A DNA stretch of 63,853 nucleotides, filler included, from Folioceros fuciformis (GCA_049999805.1; 24 parts of 24 records of this genome joined end to end with filler, not necessarily neighbours in it), one strand, 5' to 3'. Counted from the first letter of the whole stretch, positions 1-12,367 are shown. Notes: a model not told the origin generated them from the letters alone. Translations and numbers: made by a program.

Positions 1-240
1 ACATTAGTTTTCGTGCCATCTACCCTCATTTTGATAATTAGTGGTCTATTATTTTTCATGCTAACTAACCTCATTTTGAGGTACTATGTCAATTTTTGTA
101 CCAACTACCCTAATTTTGAAAAACTAACGCCACATTAGTTTCCTTGCCCATTACCCTAATTTTGAATGACCAGTAACACATTGGTTTCCTTGTTTCCGGC
201 TACCCTAATTTTAAATGACCAGTATCACATTAGTTTCGGT
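1..240. repeat. Degenerate tandem repeat (~40-50 bp)
   Basis: Recurrent core taccct(a/c)attttga with acattagttt flanks, about 5 copies. Confidence 0.6.
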
Positions 241-327
241 ACAGTAATTTATCAAGCCATTTTTTCTTATCACGTTTTGCTTATCTTTTTTAGTCACCCT
301 GCCCTTACAAGTTCTAGTGCACTATCC

Positions 328-450
328 CTAACCAAAGACCTAACAAATTATGGGATAGAAATTGATCTAACCAAAGACCTAACAAATTATAGGATAAAAA
401 TTAACCTAACCAAAGATTTAACAAATTATGGGATAGAAATTGATCTAACC
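328..450. repeat. 39-bp tandem repeat x3
   Basis: ctaaccaaagacctaacaaattatgggatagaaattgat at 328, 367 and 406. Confidence 0.9.
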
Positions 451-975
451 CTATGTATTGAGAATTAGAATAACCTGCAGCTTTGAGTACATCCAAATAT
501 AAACAGAGTCCAATATACAATGTACATAGTTTTTGGGGGGCACACCGCGGGGTGTGGCATGCAACTTATAGGGGGGTTAGGCAACCTCAGTGTAGGGTAT
601 GTTGAATTCGTGGGCCGTACGTTTATGGTAATCGAGGAAAGTTTTCGGAGCCCTAAGGAACTGACCTATTAATACACTGTTACCGTCCAGGCTTTTTCCT
701 CACGCCCCCTCAGTTGTTTTGGCTTCCGCCTGTCTGCCCTCTGCTCCTCAGCGCGCGACGTGGCCGGTATGTGGAATTGCAAAGTGTATGGTGGCTGCCT
801 GCACAGAATTGCATGCCGTTATGTCGCCGTAGGGTGTATTGGTGCTAGCCTTGTGTCGCCTTGTCCTTGAGAAGGGTTCCGTGTTCTCAACGGCCTCTAC
901 TGTTGTGCAGGTGGAATTAGGCCTGGCGAGGTTCCCGATTTGATTTCTAGGGTGGGCAAGCAGCACGCAGGAGCG

Positions 976-1787
976 ATGGCTAAGAGTACTTTCAAGCAGG
1001 AGCACCCGCTCGGTATGGCGTGTTTACATGGTTGTTTGTTAGGCGTGTTTCTCAACCTAGACCTGCGTTCCTGGATGTCCCTCACCGCTGACCATGCTTG
1101 GCCGCTCTGAGCAGAGAAGAGGCAAGCCGAAGCTGCCAGGATTCGTGACAAGTACCCCGACAGAATTCCGGTAAGGGAATTGAGCCCGTCCGCGTGCCTA
1201 CCTTGCCTGTTTGCTTTCGAGGGTTTTGTGGAGCTTGCGGATGCTGCTACAGTGAATGGACATTGTTAGGACGAATTTTAGTGTGAAGGCGCCTGCTGCT
1301 TTGTGTTTTGTAGGTCATCGTTGAGAAGGCTGACAAGAGCGATATCCCGGACATCGATAAGAAAAAGTGAGTGTTGAGTCGGCGACCTGTGCTTCGATGG
1401 AAGTGTCTCCATGGTTTCCTCCACTTGAATCTCGCCTGCGTGTGTTGTTTGATGTGTTGCAGGTACTTGGTACCAGCCGATTTGACGGTTGGTCAGTTTG
1501 TCTATGTCATCCGAAAGAGAATCAAACTGAGTTCTGAGAAGGCCATCTTCATCTTCGTGAAGAGCGTTTTGCCTCCTACAGGTGTTGTGGATGGCCCTTG
1601 TTTCTTGTTTTTCGGCAGCCATGATAATTGCGGGAGATTGGTCACTTATCGGGTTGCTTGCTTGTTGCTTTTGCTAGCAGCTGCCATGATGTCGTCCATT
1701 TATGACGAGCACAAGGACGAAGACGGGTTCTTGTATTTCACGTACAGCGGGGAGAACACTTTCGGAGGCATGCAACTGTGCCAGTGA
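976..1787 (+). CDS. ATG8: Autophagy-related protein 8, 5 exons (976-1012, 1115-1170, 1314-1366, 1463-1581, 1681-1787)
   Basis: Spliced translation [71 protein letters not shown]...[14 protein letters not shown]. All introns are GT-AG and the frame is preserved. Confidence 0.97.
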
Positions 1788-3946
1788 CCAGCGCCTGCGC
1801 CAGTGACCAGCGCAGGTTTAATGCTACTTTGTACAGAATGTTTGGGGTGGGGCATAGCTTGTTCACTTAGATTCTCTGTGGACTACTTGTGGTGGCAGGT
1901 TACGTGTCATTGTTTTGTAGATATGTGTGCATCAAGTGACATCCCTGTTTCCATTCTCTGGCCTCTAGACCCTCTAGACCCATACACAATGGGGCAGTCG
2001 GATAAGGGTTTCACGGTACCAGGTCTAAGAGGCTGGCTGCAGGTGGCGGGGATACAGGTGGGGCGCAGGTTTTTATTGAATGGGTAGGTCAGGTTTAGAG
2101 GAGAGTTGCCCCCTCTTGTGATAGAGGTGTGAAGCACTAAATAAGTGCAGCTGGTTATGAAGTTAAAATTGGGGGAGTTGATTCGTGGAAGTGGTAGCGG
2201 TAGCGGTGTCATAAGCACATAAGTCGTCGTCAAAGTGTACAGAGGTGTTGCTCCCCGCACCGTGCTTCCATGTTGTACAGCACACCCCTAACTGGGCGCT
2301 TAATGGTCATATTTTTTGATGAGTTCTCTCCGCCCGTTTTGCTCTCATCCTGATGAACTTGTCAGAGCCATGTCCAGCATTGGTTTTTTCATTATCTTCA
2401 TCCCCTGCCGTTTGTCATCTTGGTGGTTATCTTGCTTACTCCGAAATGCGCCATCGTGGGGCGCCGAGGCCCAGAGAGAAGATTGCTTTCAAACTGAGTC
2501 TAGAGTACCGAATACGCAACTTGCCGCCCATGCCAACCCCAAGTAAAAAGTGCACTTGTAACAGCACCTATGGAACACGTGGCATGCTTCTCGATCACAT
2601 AACAGTATGCTTTCCTCTTCGGTTGTGAAGAGGCTGAGGTGACGACAGGTACGTGAACTGTCAGGTCCGACAGCGGCATCGGCATGCTCATTGATTTGGC
2701 CCGAGACCTCGCTGCTTCCATCCTCGATCCCTAGATAGAGTCAGGCCTGAATCCAACACCACTTCATGAAGCATGCTGCTGCTGCTGAGCACCCGATTGC
2801 CCGAGATTGAGATGCACTCGCCTTCTCTAGTTGTCTACTAGGCATCGAGAATGGGGTTTAGACTAAAAGTTGCTGCATCCGATTCCGTCGCCTGGAGTCC
2901 AGGCATCGTTTCAAATGGCTATCCTTCAGCCGACACGCAAGAAACAAGCAAGCCTATGTAGTCCGAAGATGAGACTCAAAATTGGCCCGAGTAACGTTTT
3001 AAGTATTGCGAATACGACACAAATAAGGCGTCGGGATACGGAATTGGAGCGATGATTTCCCTTCTATGCGGCCATGTTGTGGTCACCGCTGCCAAGAAAT
3101 GTGTTTTCTTTTGTTAAAATGAATAGCACACTTTGCCCTTAGGACTCACTTGGATAATTTTCTAGGCTCTAGGATATGAAGCGATATCTAGCAAATAGTT
3201 ATGAACGAGCGGTTACTTCTCACATAAGGTTTAGGCATAGCCTTGTGCTAAAAACATGATGTGCCAGATGAAGAATTGTTAATCCAATCTAATGTTGCAT
3301 CAATCATCTTGTGCCATGGTCTATCTATCCAATATGGTATTAGAGCATGGTAATTAGCTTCTCTAATGCGTCTGTAGTGCAATGCTAGGCCAACAGAGAT
3401 GCCAATGCCTACAAGAAAGAAACAACATATTGGTAGGACAATTAGAAATTGTGAGAAGCCACAAAGAGCAAGCATCCCTAAAAGAAGTAAACAAAAATTT
3501 GCTGCACTATGCCTGGTTTCGTGTATCCTCCATACTTCTGCTAATTGGAGAGGAGCTATTGATGCGTGGTTGACCCTCTTAAGTACAACTGGGATTACAT
3601 ACAAGTCTTCTTCCTGTTCACGATATGACAATCCTTTATTATAATTCACATTTCTAGATCACATCGCATCTCTCAATCCCACACTTAAAAGACTTTTAAA
3701 TTACAGCATACATATCAAACATATGTAGACAACACAACTTAATAATCGTACCTACAGAGTAGGAAGCCAAGTCAATCCAGCAAGATATTCTTCACAAACT
3801 CACAGCCCTTGACTACAATCCTGCAAAACTAGGCACAAAAGCAACCAAAACATACTTAATCTTTATTACAATGAAACTAGACATAAAGCACACCTTGAGG
3901 CACACAGCCATCCACCCGTAGCTACCAAATAAAAAATTGCCCCAAC

Positions 3947-4750
3947 ATGTCGACCTTTTACATGTCCTTGTCCAAGGAAGACAAATTGGATGGACAACAA
4001 CATAATTTGCCTACCTAAAAATTTTGCATCACCAACATCTTGAAAGAGCCCAAACTCTTGGGCTACATTGGCGAGGTAGGAACTCCACCAATCCCCATTG
4101 CCTACCCTACAACAAGAACACAAGATGAGAAAGAACAATGGGAGGATAATAGCCAACAAGCTAAAAATATTCTTTGCAAAGCATGAAACAAGGCATCGTG
4201 CAGTAGCTAGAGGGGACAGCCACAACAGCCAAAGCATGGACCCAACTACGTGAAATATATGACGCCCACAACTTTGTGCATATCATACATACAATCAAAA
4301 GCTTCCTCATTCTACGCATGGCCGAAGGTGAACACGTCGACCACAATGCCATGGTTTTCCGCAGCTGTACTATAGATTGTAAAATTCCAAGCTCTTGGAT
4401 TCAATATTCCCAAGGAGCTTCTAGCAGCCATCCTGCTCTCCATACTACCCGAGTCAGTGTCATACAAAGCCTCCAAGGCATTAAACCCCTAACCATCAAC
4501 AAAGTTCTAATAAGGCATTAAACCCCTAACCATCAACAAAGTTCTAAGTGACATGCTCGTCGAAGAAGGGCGCCAAAAAGTCTTTGCTCATGTTGGAGAC
4601 CCCTGCTCTGGCGTCTTCTTCGTAGGCAAAGAGAGACATAGAGGTCGTGGACGAGGAAACTTTAGAGAAACCGTGCAAGACATCAATAGAAGGCAGGGTA
4701 CTTTCTCGAGCCATGGTAGAGGGATATACAATTAGAGATGCCATGCGGAA
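3947..4750 (+). mobile_element. Decayed Ty1/copia gag remnant
   Basis: Frameshifted gag-like peptides KEDKLDGQQHNLPT*KF, AWTQLREIYDAHNFVHIIHTIKSFLILRMAEGEHVDH and RGRGRGNFR. Internal direct duplication at ~4477-4547. Confidence 0.7.
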
Positions 4751-5694
4751 GCGATTGCCTAGAACATGCTTTCTAGCAACTATATCAAGAGTCATATTAA
4801 AGGGTTCATAGGTAAGCCTTTTATGGCGGTTTTACGAAGGGGTGTGTCCTTTTCAACTAGCCTGTTAGTTAACTAACTACCATTTACAACTAGGTCTAGT
4901 TAAACTAACGAAAGTGACACAGAATCACGTGGTTTGCCTTATTTTCACTCTCCCTTTCAGACACGTGCGAATTGCTATGTCTTGAAAGCTCCATATAACA
5001 AAAGAAGATCACCACTATCGAAAGGAGCTTTGCTTTAGGCATATTCAATACGGTCGTCCCAGCTCCCAATCGTACTTTGCACATTGAGTGTGTGGCGCCA
5101 CACATGAACTCATCGAGAAGTACACCAGCTGTGACTTCGAAAAGAATCAAACCTTCGACAGCAGTCTTGCATCTCAAGTGATGGAACTAATGTTGTGAAG
5201 GTCCTACCAAATGAGCAAGCTGTATAGCACCACGTAGCTACTACAGTCTCCCATTCCAATGATCACTTCCTTGTAAAGGCTAAGTAACCATATTCTTCAT
5301 CAATTGTCGACAACGACACTAAGTTGCTTCAGGCACAGAGCTTACCTCTTGAAGGTAGCATTCACGCAACTCCCTCTACAGCAGCAACACTTTGAGCAAA
5401 AGAGATCATCTACATTGAGTTAGAGGTAAAAAGTCAACTTGTATGGCAATGATGACAATTATGATCCCAATGACAAGTTCATTGACATGCTTCATCTTGG
5501 CTTATTCATCTTCCCTCTCTCAAGCACAAACTGTGAGCATAGGAATCGCTTGAGGAGAAGAAGCCAAGGCAGAAGTTGTGCAACTAGCATAATTAGAGCA
5601 AGAGGTCAAGCTGATCTTGTCGAGTCTTGGGCCTGGAGACGACGGACACATTCCTCATCCTTGGCTCCTGACACGCCTCACCAACCAGTTTCTT

Positions 5695-6410
5695 TCAACC
5701 CTCTCTCTTCCAGTGGCCTAGTGTCTGACACCAATTACAGCTTCCCTCATGCTTAGGGGTCTTGGAAGGGTATGATGGCGAAGAGTTAGACGTTCGAGAT
5801 CCTTGAAAACTCTTATTCTTATTCTGTTGTGACCTTGCCCTGGTCACGAACATAATCCTTTCTCCCCCGTGTTGAGATGTGCCAACATTGAACCCAGCAG
5901 CCTCCTCTTGCAGGAGAGCTCTAGCAATCTCTGACATAGTAATATTCGGGACTTGGCCCGACCTAACAGCTTGGTGAGCATTTCTCACCGTTTGATTCTA
6001 GGACGAGATAAAGGTTTGATAACTAGCTGGAAGGCTAGCTAAGAGCTGGCCCGCAACATCAAATTCGGAGATTATCGTTCCAAGTGCTGCAAGTTGAGCA
6101 CGTAGATACCTAAACTTGCTAATGTGCTGAGCAACACTGTTGTTAGGTTGCATACGTAATGAGTAGAACTCCAAACGTACCGTAACATGAGTCATCACAT
6201 TAGTAGATTGATAGATATCTATGACTTGCTTCCAAGCTTGAGCAGAGGTTATGGCACCATCAGTATGGTGTAAGGTAATCTAGTCTAATCCGAAGATTAG
6301 CATATGCATAGTCTGTCTGTCCCGCCGTACCCAGGCATCAATAGCCGACTGGGGACCAGATGGCTTGGGGAAGGTACTGTTAAGACTAGTAAGAGCTACG
6401 TAACCCTAAC
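5695..6410 (-). mobile_element. Ty1/copia gag remnant with CCHC zinc knuckle
   Basis: RLEFYSLRMQPNNSVAQHISKFRYLRAQLAALG...LLASLPASYQTF (gag UBN2-type) and CNWCQTLGHWKRE knuckle, with an in-frame stop at 5998. Confidence 0.8.
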
Positions 6411-6473
6411 CAACAGTTAAGCGAGATAGGCTAACCCTGGCTCGTTAAGCGAACAGTCGCACCCCTACGAAGG

Positions 6474-6573
6474 NNNNNNNNNNNNNNNNNNNNNNNNNNN
6501 NNNNNNNNNNNNNNNNNTTAATTAATTAANNNNNNNNNNNNNNNNNNNNNNNNNNNNNNNNNNNNNNNNNNNN
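6474..6573. other. Artificial contig linker (first of 23)
   Basis: 44 N + TTAATTAATTAA (stops in all six frames) + 44 N. Identical linkers start at 6474, 8456, 9887, 12652, 17783, 20920, 22281, 23977, 26786, 31898, 34990, 39030, 42648, 44246, 45795, 47325, 51339, 53202, 55798, 57790, 59570, 61047 and 62393. Confidence 0.99.
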
Positions 6574-6649
6574 CGAGCGGACGGGGCGGGAGTGACAAGG
6601 TGGATTGCGTTGCGAGGCTAAGCGCAAGCGAGGAAGCAAGCAGGCGGAA

Positions 6650-7693
6650 ATGAGCTCGGCGCTGGGGCTCGGGAGCGGGTGCGGCCTGCGCATTGCGGGA
6701 CAGGCGTCGTGCGGCATTCCCTCGTCGTCGGCACGGGGATTGTGCTGGCTGCCGCGGCACAGCCAAGGAGTGCGGGGGAGATGGCAGGGGCGGAGGGCCA
6801 GGGTTGCGGTGGTGCGGGCGGAGCAGTCTCAGCAGCAGCAACAGCAACAGCAGGAGCAGGGGCTGAAGGTCGGGGAGGAGGAGGTAGTGGATTCCAAAAT
6901 CCTGCAGTACTGCAGCATTGACAAGAAGAAGGACAAGCGCACGGTAGGCGAGCTGGAGACGGACTTTCTGGAGGCGCTGCAGGGCTTCTACTATGACGGC
7001 AAGCCGACTATGAGTAATGAGGAGTTCGACAATTTGAAGCAGGAGCTGCTGTGGGAGGGAAGCGATGTGGTGATCCTCAGCTCGGATGAGCAGAAGTTCA
7101 TGGAGGCTTCGTTGGCGTACAGAGCAGGCCACCCGATTCTTTCGGACGCGGAATTCGACGAGCTTAAGCTCCGGCTGAAGCGGGCCAACAGCAAGGTGGC
7201 TATCGAAGGGCCTCGGTGCAGTTTGCGGAGCAGGAAGGTTGTGAGTGACTGTACTGTGGATTATATCAAGATGACGCTGCTTAACCTCCCCGCCGCAGTG
7301 GTTGCGCTCACCTTAGTCTTCTTCTTGGACGACCTTACGGGATTCGAGATCACCTACCTCTTGGAGCTCCCGGAGCCGTACAGCTTTATTGTCACATGGT
7401 TCGTTGTGCTCCCGTCTGTGTACTTACTAGCGCAGGCATTCACAGGCCTCATTCTCAAGAATCCGCTGATACTCAAGGGGCCGTGCCCGGAGTGCGGTGC
7501 CGACAACACCACCTTCTTTGGAGAGATACTGACAGTCTCCAGCGGGGGAAGCCAGAACACTCTCTCTTGTGAGAGCTGCAAACTCAGCCTCGTATTTGAC
7601 AAGGACTCCCGGCTGATTACCGTGGATGATACTCCGCCAAAGCCTAAGGGCAAAGCTCCAGTGAAGAAAGGCGCATCTGCAGCTTCAACATGA
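6650..7693 (+). CDS. PGRL1: PGR5-like protein 1 (chloroplast cyclic electron flow), single exon, 347 aa
   Basis: Transit-peptide-like N-terminus; LQYCSIDKK, FYYDGKPTMSNEEFDNLKQELLWEGS, EGPRCSLRS, two TM helices FFLDDLTGFEITYLLELPEP, GPCPECG and CESC. All six conserved Cys are present. First ATG is at 6650. Confidence 0.95.
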   Translation: MSSALGLGSGCGLRIAGQASCGIPSSSARGLCWLPRHSQGVRGRWQGRRARVAVVRAEQSQQQQQQQQEQGLKVGEEEVVDSKILQYCSIDKKKDKRTVGELETDFLEALQGFYYDGKPTMSNEEFDNLKQELLWEGSDVVILSSDEQKFMEASLAYRAGHPILSDAEFDELKLRLKRANSKVAIEGPRCSLRSRKVVSDCTVDYIKMTLLNLPAAVVALTLVFFLDDLTGFEITYLLELPEPYSFIVTWFVVLPSVYLLAQAFTGLILKNPLILKGPCPECGADNTTFFGEILTVSSGGSQNTLSCESCKLSLVFDKDSRLITVDDTPPKPKGKAPVKKGASAAST

Positions 7694-8689
7694 GGTAATC
7701 CAAGATACTATTGATTCCAACTGAACAGGCTTGGTCTTTTCTGTGCTGACCGAGATCGTCCTTCCCGTGTCCCATCTGCTGAAGTAGTTTCTGTTATGAT
7801 TCACAGGTCTGGAATTCCGTCACCACAGCACGCATGCCTTTCCCCTGGCACATTACGTGCACCTCGACAATAGGCTTCGTCGGGTAAAGGGACTTGTTCC
7901 TTGTGATGCTGAACTAACTAATGCTTCTGAAGTGTACAAGTACTGACCTCTGTATCTGTCCATACGCTCTGCAACGGAGCTGGGTTTCAGCTCCTGAATC
8001 ATCCCCACTGCTAGCTCAGAATACGTGTGCGGATGCAAGATCCAGTCTTTCAATTTTCCACTGTGAGAACACAGCTGCGGGAGTGCATGCCCCTGACCTT
8101 CATCTCGGAAAGGAAAATCTCCTTCACTCTTCGGGGAAAGAACTGGTCCACCTTCGGATGCCACCGGGGGCATTTGTTTGCAACGCCCGACCGTGGCGGC
8201 TACTGGTAGTGTAGTGTGCGATTCCTGGTAGTGTCCCCCTATCCGAAATGGGCAGGACAGCAAGTTTCAATTGTTCCCCGGGGGAGCTATCTTAAGTAAA
8301 GTAATTTAAACTAAATTATCTAATTATTATTATTCAACGATAATCTTATTATAATGAAGTAGTGATAAAATATCTTACACGGAAGATGAATCTAAACTCA
8401 ATTGTGCCCAGGAGGAACAACCACAGCTTGATCATAACTATAAGCAAGATAACAANNNNNNNNNNNNNNNNNNNNNNNNNNNNNNNNNNNNNNNNNNNNT
8501 TAATTAATTAANNNNNNNNNNNNNNNNNNNNNNNNNNNNNNNNNNNNNNNNNNNNATTGAGTCAATTGTTAAATTATTCTTCTTTAGACATTGCTATTTG
8601 TAGATATTATAATCTTCTTTTTCGAGCTAAACCCTAAATGTGCGCTCTCCAAAGCCTATGATTTGATAAATATGAAAAATTCATGGCCA

Positions 8690-9300
8690 TTTGGAGGGAA
8701 TTGGCTATACAAGTTGTCTACTATGAAGATTTGAGATAAAGATTGATATTATGTGTGAAGCCTCCATGTAGCATATGTAATCCTTAGAAGATACTAGGAT
8801 AGGATTGATATACAAGAATCAAAGCCTTTGCAGGCAGCAAGTCATATGCTCAAGAATTGAGAGCAAGATGCTCTGACATCATGATGATATAAAGGCAATT
8901 GAATTCTAAAAGCTTTGTACTGGATGCAACTCCAAGTTGTGATCATACTATATGGAAAATATTGACATGATGCTTGATAGAGTCTAACATAAACATTAAG
9001 CATTCCATTCGAGGCTTCAAACGAAGTGAAGACGATGCTAGCATATGTGTGTTAAAATCAAGAAGTGAAATAATTTACCTTCTACTTTATGTTGATGACT
9101 TATTTATTGCCTTATTCTCTCTCTCCTAATCGAGATCAAGGCATGACTAAGAAGTCATTTTGAGATGACTTATGCCCTTGGAGTCAATATTATAAAAGAT
9201 AAACACAACAAAACTTTAAGCTTAGTATAGACTAAGTATATCAAACAAAGCTTAGCAAAGTTTGGACTAGAAAAAACTAATTCCATCGCTACAACTTTTC
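8690..9300 (+). pseudogene. Highly degraded Ty1/copia reverse-transcriptase fragment
   Basis: YLLLYVDDLFI near 9075-9110 and HFEMT near 9155, with many stops and frameshifts. Confidence 0.7.
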
Positions 9301-9331
9301 TGATGAAATATACTTAATATAAGGCATTATT

Positions 9332-9570
9332 TATTAGGACTACATTACTTAAACATTAATTAATGTCTAGGGCATTAAGTAGTTACCTATTTAGTTGCTA
9401 TAGATAGTTAGTTGTTATATTAGTTACAACAACTTGGTAGTTATAACAACATATTGTCATAACCACCTAATCACTTAGCCTATAAAAAGGGTTGTACTTT
9501 ACTGTTTAATTAATTCATTGTATTATATCTCTTTTGCCTAAGAGCTATTGATTTTCATCATAGTATCAGA
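9332..9570 (+). mobile_element. Short LTR with tRNA-Met-type PBS remnant
   Basis: Begins tattagg, contains tataaaa, ends ttcatca, and is followed by tagtatcaga (consensus tggtatcaga). Confidence 0.6.
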
Positions 9571-9715
9571 ATTTGGTATTTAAAGTTTCTTATATCTAAA
9601 CTAAGTGATGAATTGTTTGTCAAAACATGATCACTTGGAAACTTGGAATGGAAGGACGAGCATTAAGATTAGAAATATGCTGCAATGCTAATTCAATTGA
9701 TTGGGAGTTAAAATT

Positions 9716-9886
9716 TTAATACCATGATGAGAATCAATAGCATTTAGGCAGAAAAGATACAATACTGTGAATTAATTAAAGAGTAAAGTACAAGCCTTTG
9801 TATAGGCTAAGTGGTAAAGTAGTTATAAAAAATATGTTGATATAACCACCAAGTTGTTGTAAGGCATAAAGTAATGTGGCCCTAAT
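9716..9886 (-). mobile_element. Second copy of the same LTR, inverted
   Basis: Reverse complement aligns with 9333-9560 (ttacaacaacttgg...cacttagcctata...ttgtactttact.tttaattaattca...gctattgatt.tcatca) and is followed by tggtatta. Confidence 0.7.
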
Positions 9887-9986
9887 NNNNNNNNNNNNNN
9901 NNNNNNNNNNNNNNNNNNNNNNNNNNNNNNTTAATTAATTAANNNNNNNNNNNNNNNNNNNNNNNNNNNNNNNNNNNNNNNNNNNN

Positions 9987-10183
9987 CTTGGTTCAATGAC
10001 TATCAATGCTTCTAAGATTGACACACCTTCTAAAAGCTTGGTTCAATGACTATCAATGCTTCTAAGATTGACACACCTTCTAAAAGCTTGGTTCAATGAC
10101 TATCAATGCTTCTAAGATTGACACACCTTCTAAAAGCTTGGTTCAATGACTATCAATGCTTCTAAGATTGACACACCTTCTAA
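9987..10183. repeat. 50-bp near-perfect tandem repeat x4, with an extra copy at ~10445-10508
   Basis: Unit cttggttcaatgactatcaatgcttctaagattgacacaccttctaaaag. Confidence 0.92.
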
Positions 10184-12367
10184 GAAGATTAGTACTGAGA
10201 CCCTTGAGCAACTTGCACACCCATGAAGGCCTCTTGCCATCAAGATAGCTACTCCGTGCAGGGTAGGTTTCTTTCCTATGGTAAAGAGGAATATGATTGT
10301 AGCTAACATCACTCTAGCCATGGTGAAGGGGTTTAAGATACACTTAAATTTAAGCCCTAAGAGGAATTAATCCCAACGAGCTTGTCAAATGCATCGGCTT
10401 CCTAGATGATTACTACATCTCAAGCCCTATTACAACACCTTAAGCTTGGTTCAATGACTATCAATGCTTCTAACATTGATACACCTTCTAAGAAGATTAG
10501 TACTGAGATAGATGTCATACACACCCTCAACATGGCTAGAGTGATGCTAGCTATAATTCACTTGCTGATTGCCCAGTGTATTAGATTCCTCCTAGCTCTA
10601 CTCTCAAATGAGTATCAATGTGAGGTACAACAGCTAGTCCAAGATATTTCTGCATCTCATGTTGTCTACCGTGCACACCTCAGCAAAGCCCCTCTTTCTT
10701 AACAACTTTGCCTCCAAACCTTGGAAGAAAAGAGGCATTTTTCAAAGAAAATGGCTTGGAGCCTCCAAGTGAAGTGAAAAAAACCTAGGAATCCTAGTTT
10801 TTTAGAAAAATGACTTCTAGATTTTTGTCCGAAGGAAGAAAAGGTTTTCTACTCCATCTGCTAAAGAGTATAATGCTGTCTGAAATAATTAGGGTTTGTC
10901 TATAAAAATGGGGTTTTGCTCTAAATCCAAACAGTAAATGGCTGTTCTTACCACTGTATTTGGTTTTCAAGGGTTTTTGTAGGTGGCAAAATGAAGACAA
11001 CAAGCAATCTTCACGATGCAATCACACTATGAACAACATGACGGGACACGAATGTAATAGATTTATGTCCACACATGATTTTGAATGGCCATTCATAAAC
11101 CCTAAACCCTTGTTTTTTGCCTTTGTGTGATTACTTTCAAACCGCGGGTTTCAAGGATACAAAACCTATAGGCTTTCATGGCACGAATAAGTACACGACC
11201 ACCACGAAGCATGCCACGCCTATGTGTGCGCCACGTACCTGAGACTATCATAACATGCTACATAACTCAAGGCAATTTTAAAACACTGCTAGCCAGGCAC
11301 TCTCTTCTTCCTCTTCTTCTTCAATACTAAGTGTTGAAGAGATGGTGAAGCAATGTTCAAGATGTTGAAGCAGCCTTAAACGCCTTTAAAAACGGCTGAT
11401 TGAGGGGCTACGGATTTGAATCATAGGGTTTCATCATTCTTTTTCTCTCCTCACGTTTAGGAGCCTTTAAATCAATCTATTGGTATCTAGAAGTGCATGT
11501 TGGAAGCCAAGTGTCATTTTCAAGTCTTTGCTAAGAACCAATTATTGCACAAAAGTTTGCGCTAGGAGCAAACATCCACGCACAAGTTCTTCCTCTGAGT
11601 GGGCCTGTTCTCACAAGTGTACACCATAACTCAATTCGCACACACAAGTATGTGCCATAACTCGGTTGGCGTACACAAGTGTGCGTTATGACTAAGATGG
11701 CGTGCACACTTGTGCATGCCATGACTGCATTGGTGCACACTTGTGTGCACCATGACCGAGCTGGCGTGCACAAGTGCGCTCGATTAAATAGCTAATACAC
11801 ATTTTAAGCTCACAATAGTCAAAAAAATCCTAAAAAATAACAAAAAAAAACCCAAAACAATCCCGTTTTTTAGGAAATGGCATACACAAGTGCGTGCGAT
11901 GGATTCACGGTTTTGAAGGTTTTTTCTCTTACTTTTATTATTTTTATATTTTATTATGTATAAAAAGTTTGTTTTGATAAATTTTAACCCCTTTTCACAT
12001 AGTTTTGTAGTGAGACTTGACTTGTATTTACTTTCTTTTGATGATCTAAACCTTGAGTAAGTAGTGAGGACTTAAAGCATGTTTTGCATCCTTGGATGTT
12101 TAAATGCCTTTTATAACAAATAGTATTTAGAAACATTCTCCACGGTTTCACCGGCAGACGAACCTGGAGAATCCGGCAAGCAAACTTGAAGAGCCAAATC
12201 CGATGGCAACCCAACCAAATTCAACCCTACACTATTGTCCCCATGAGTGAAAGGCCATAATCTTCCCAATTCGAAGGATAAGACATTTCGCTAGACAAGC
12301 TACATGCCTATAAGTAGGTAGGCACACACTTGTGTGCGCCTTGGTACTGTAGTTTACTAGAAAAACA

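Noticed and set aside
166..468. 100-aa ORF with LTKDLTNY repeats
   Set aside because: Produced by the 39-bp tandem repeat; no other coding evidence.
6440..6473. Faint resemblance of ggtgcgactgttcgc (minus strand) to LSU rRNA
   Set aside because: Too short, and the flanks are not rRNA-like.
9987..10183. 50-bp repeats as a CRISPR array
   Set aside because: Head-to-tail copies with no unique spacers, no cas genes and a eukaryotic context.
11096..11110. taaaccctaaaccct as a telomere
   Set aside because: Only two units; a common interstitial motif in plant TEs and promoters.
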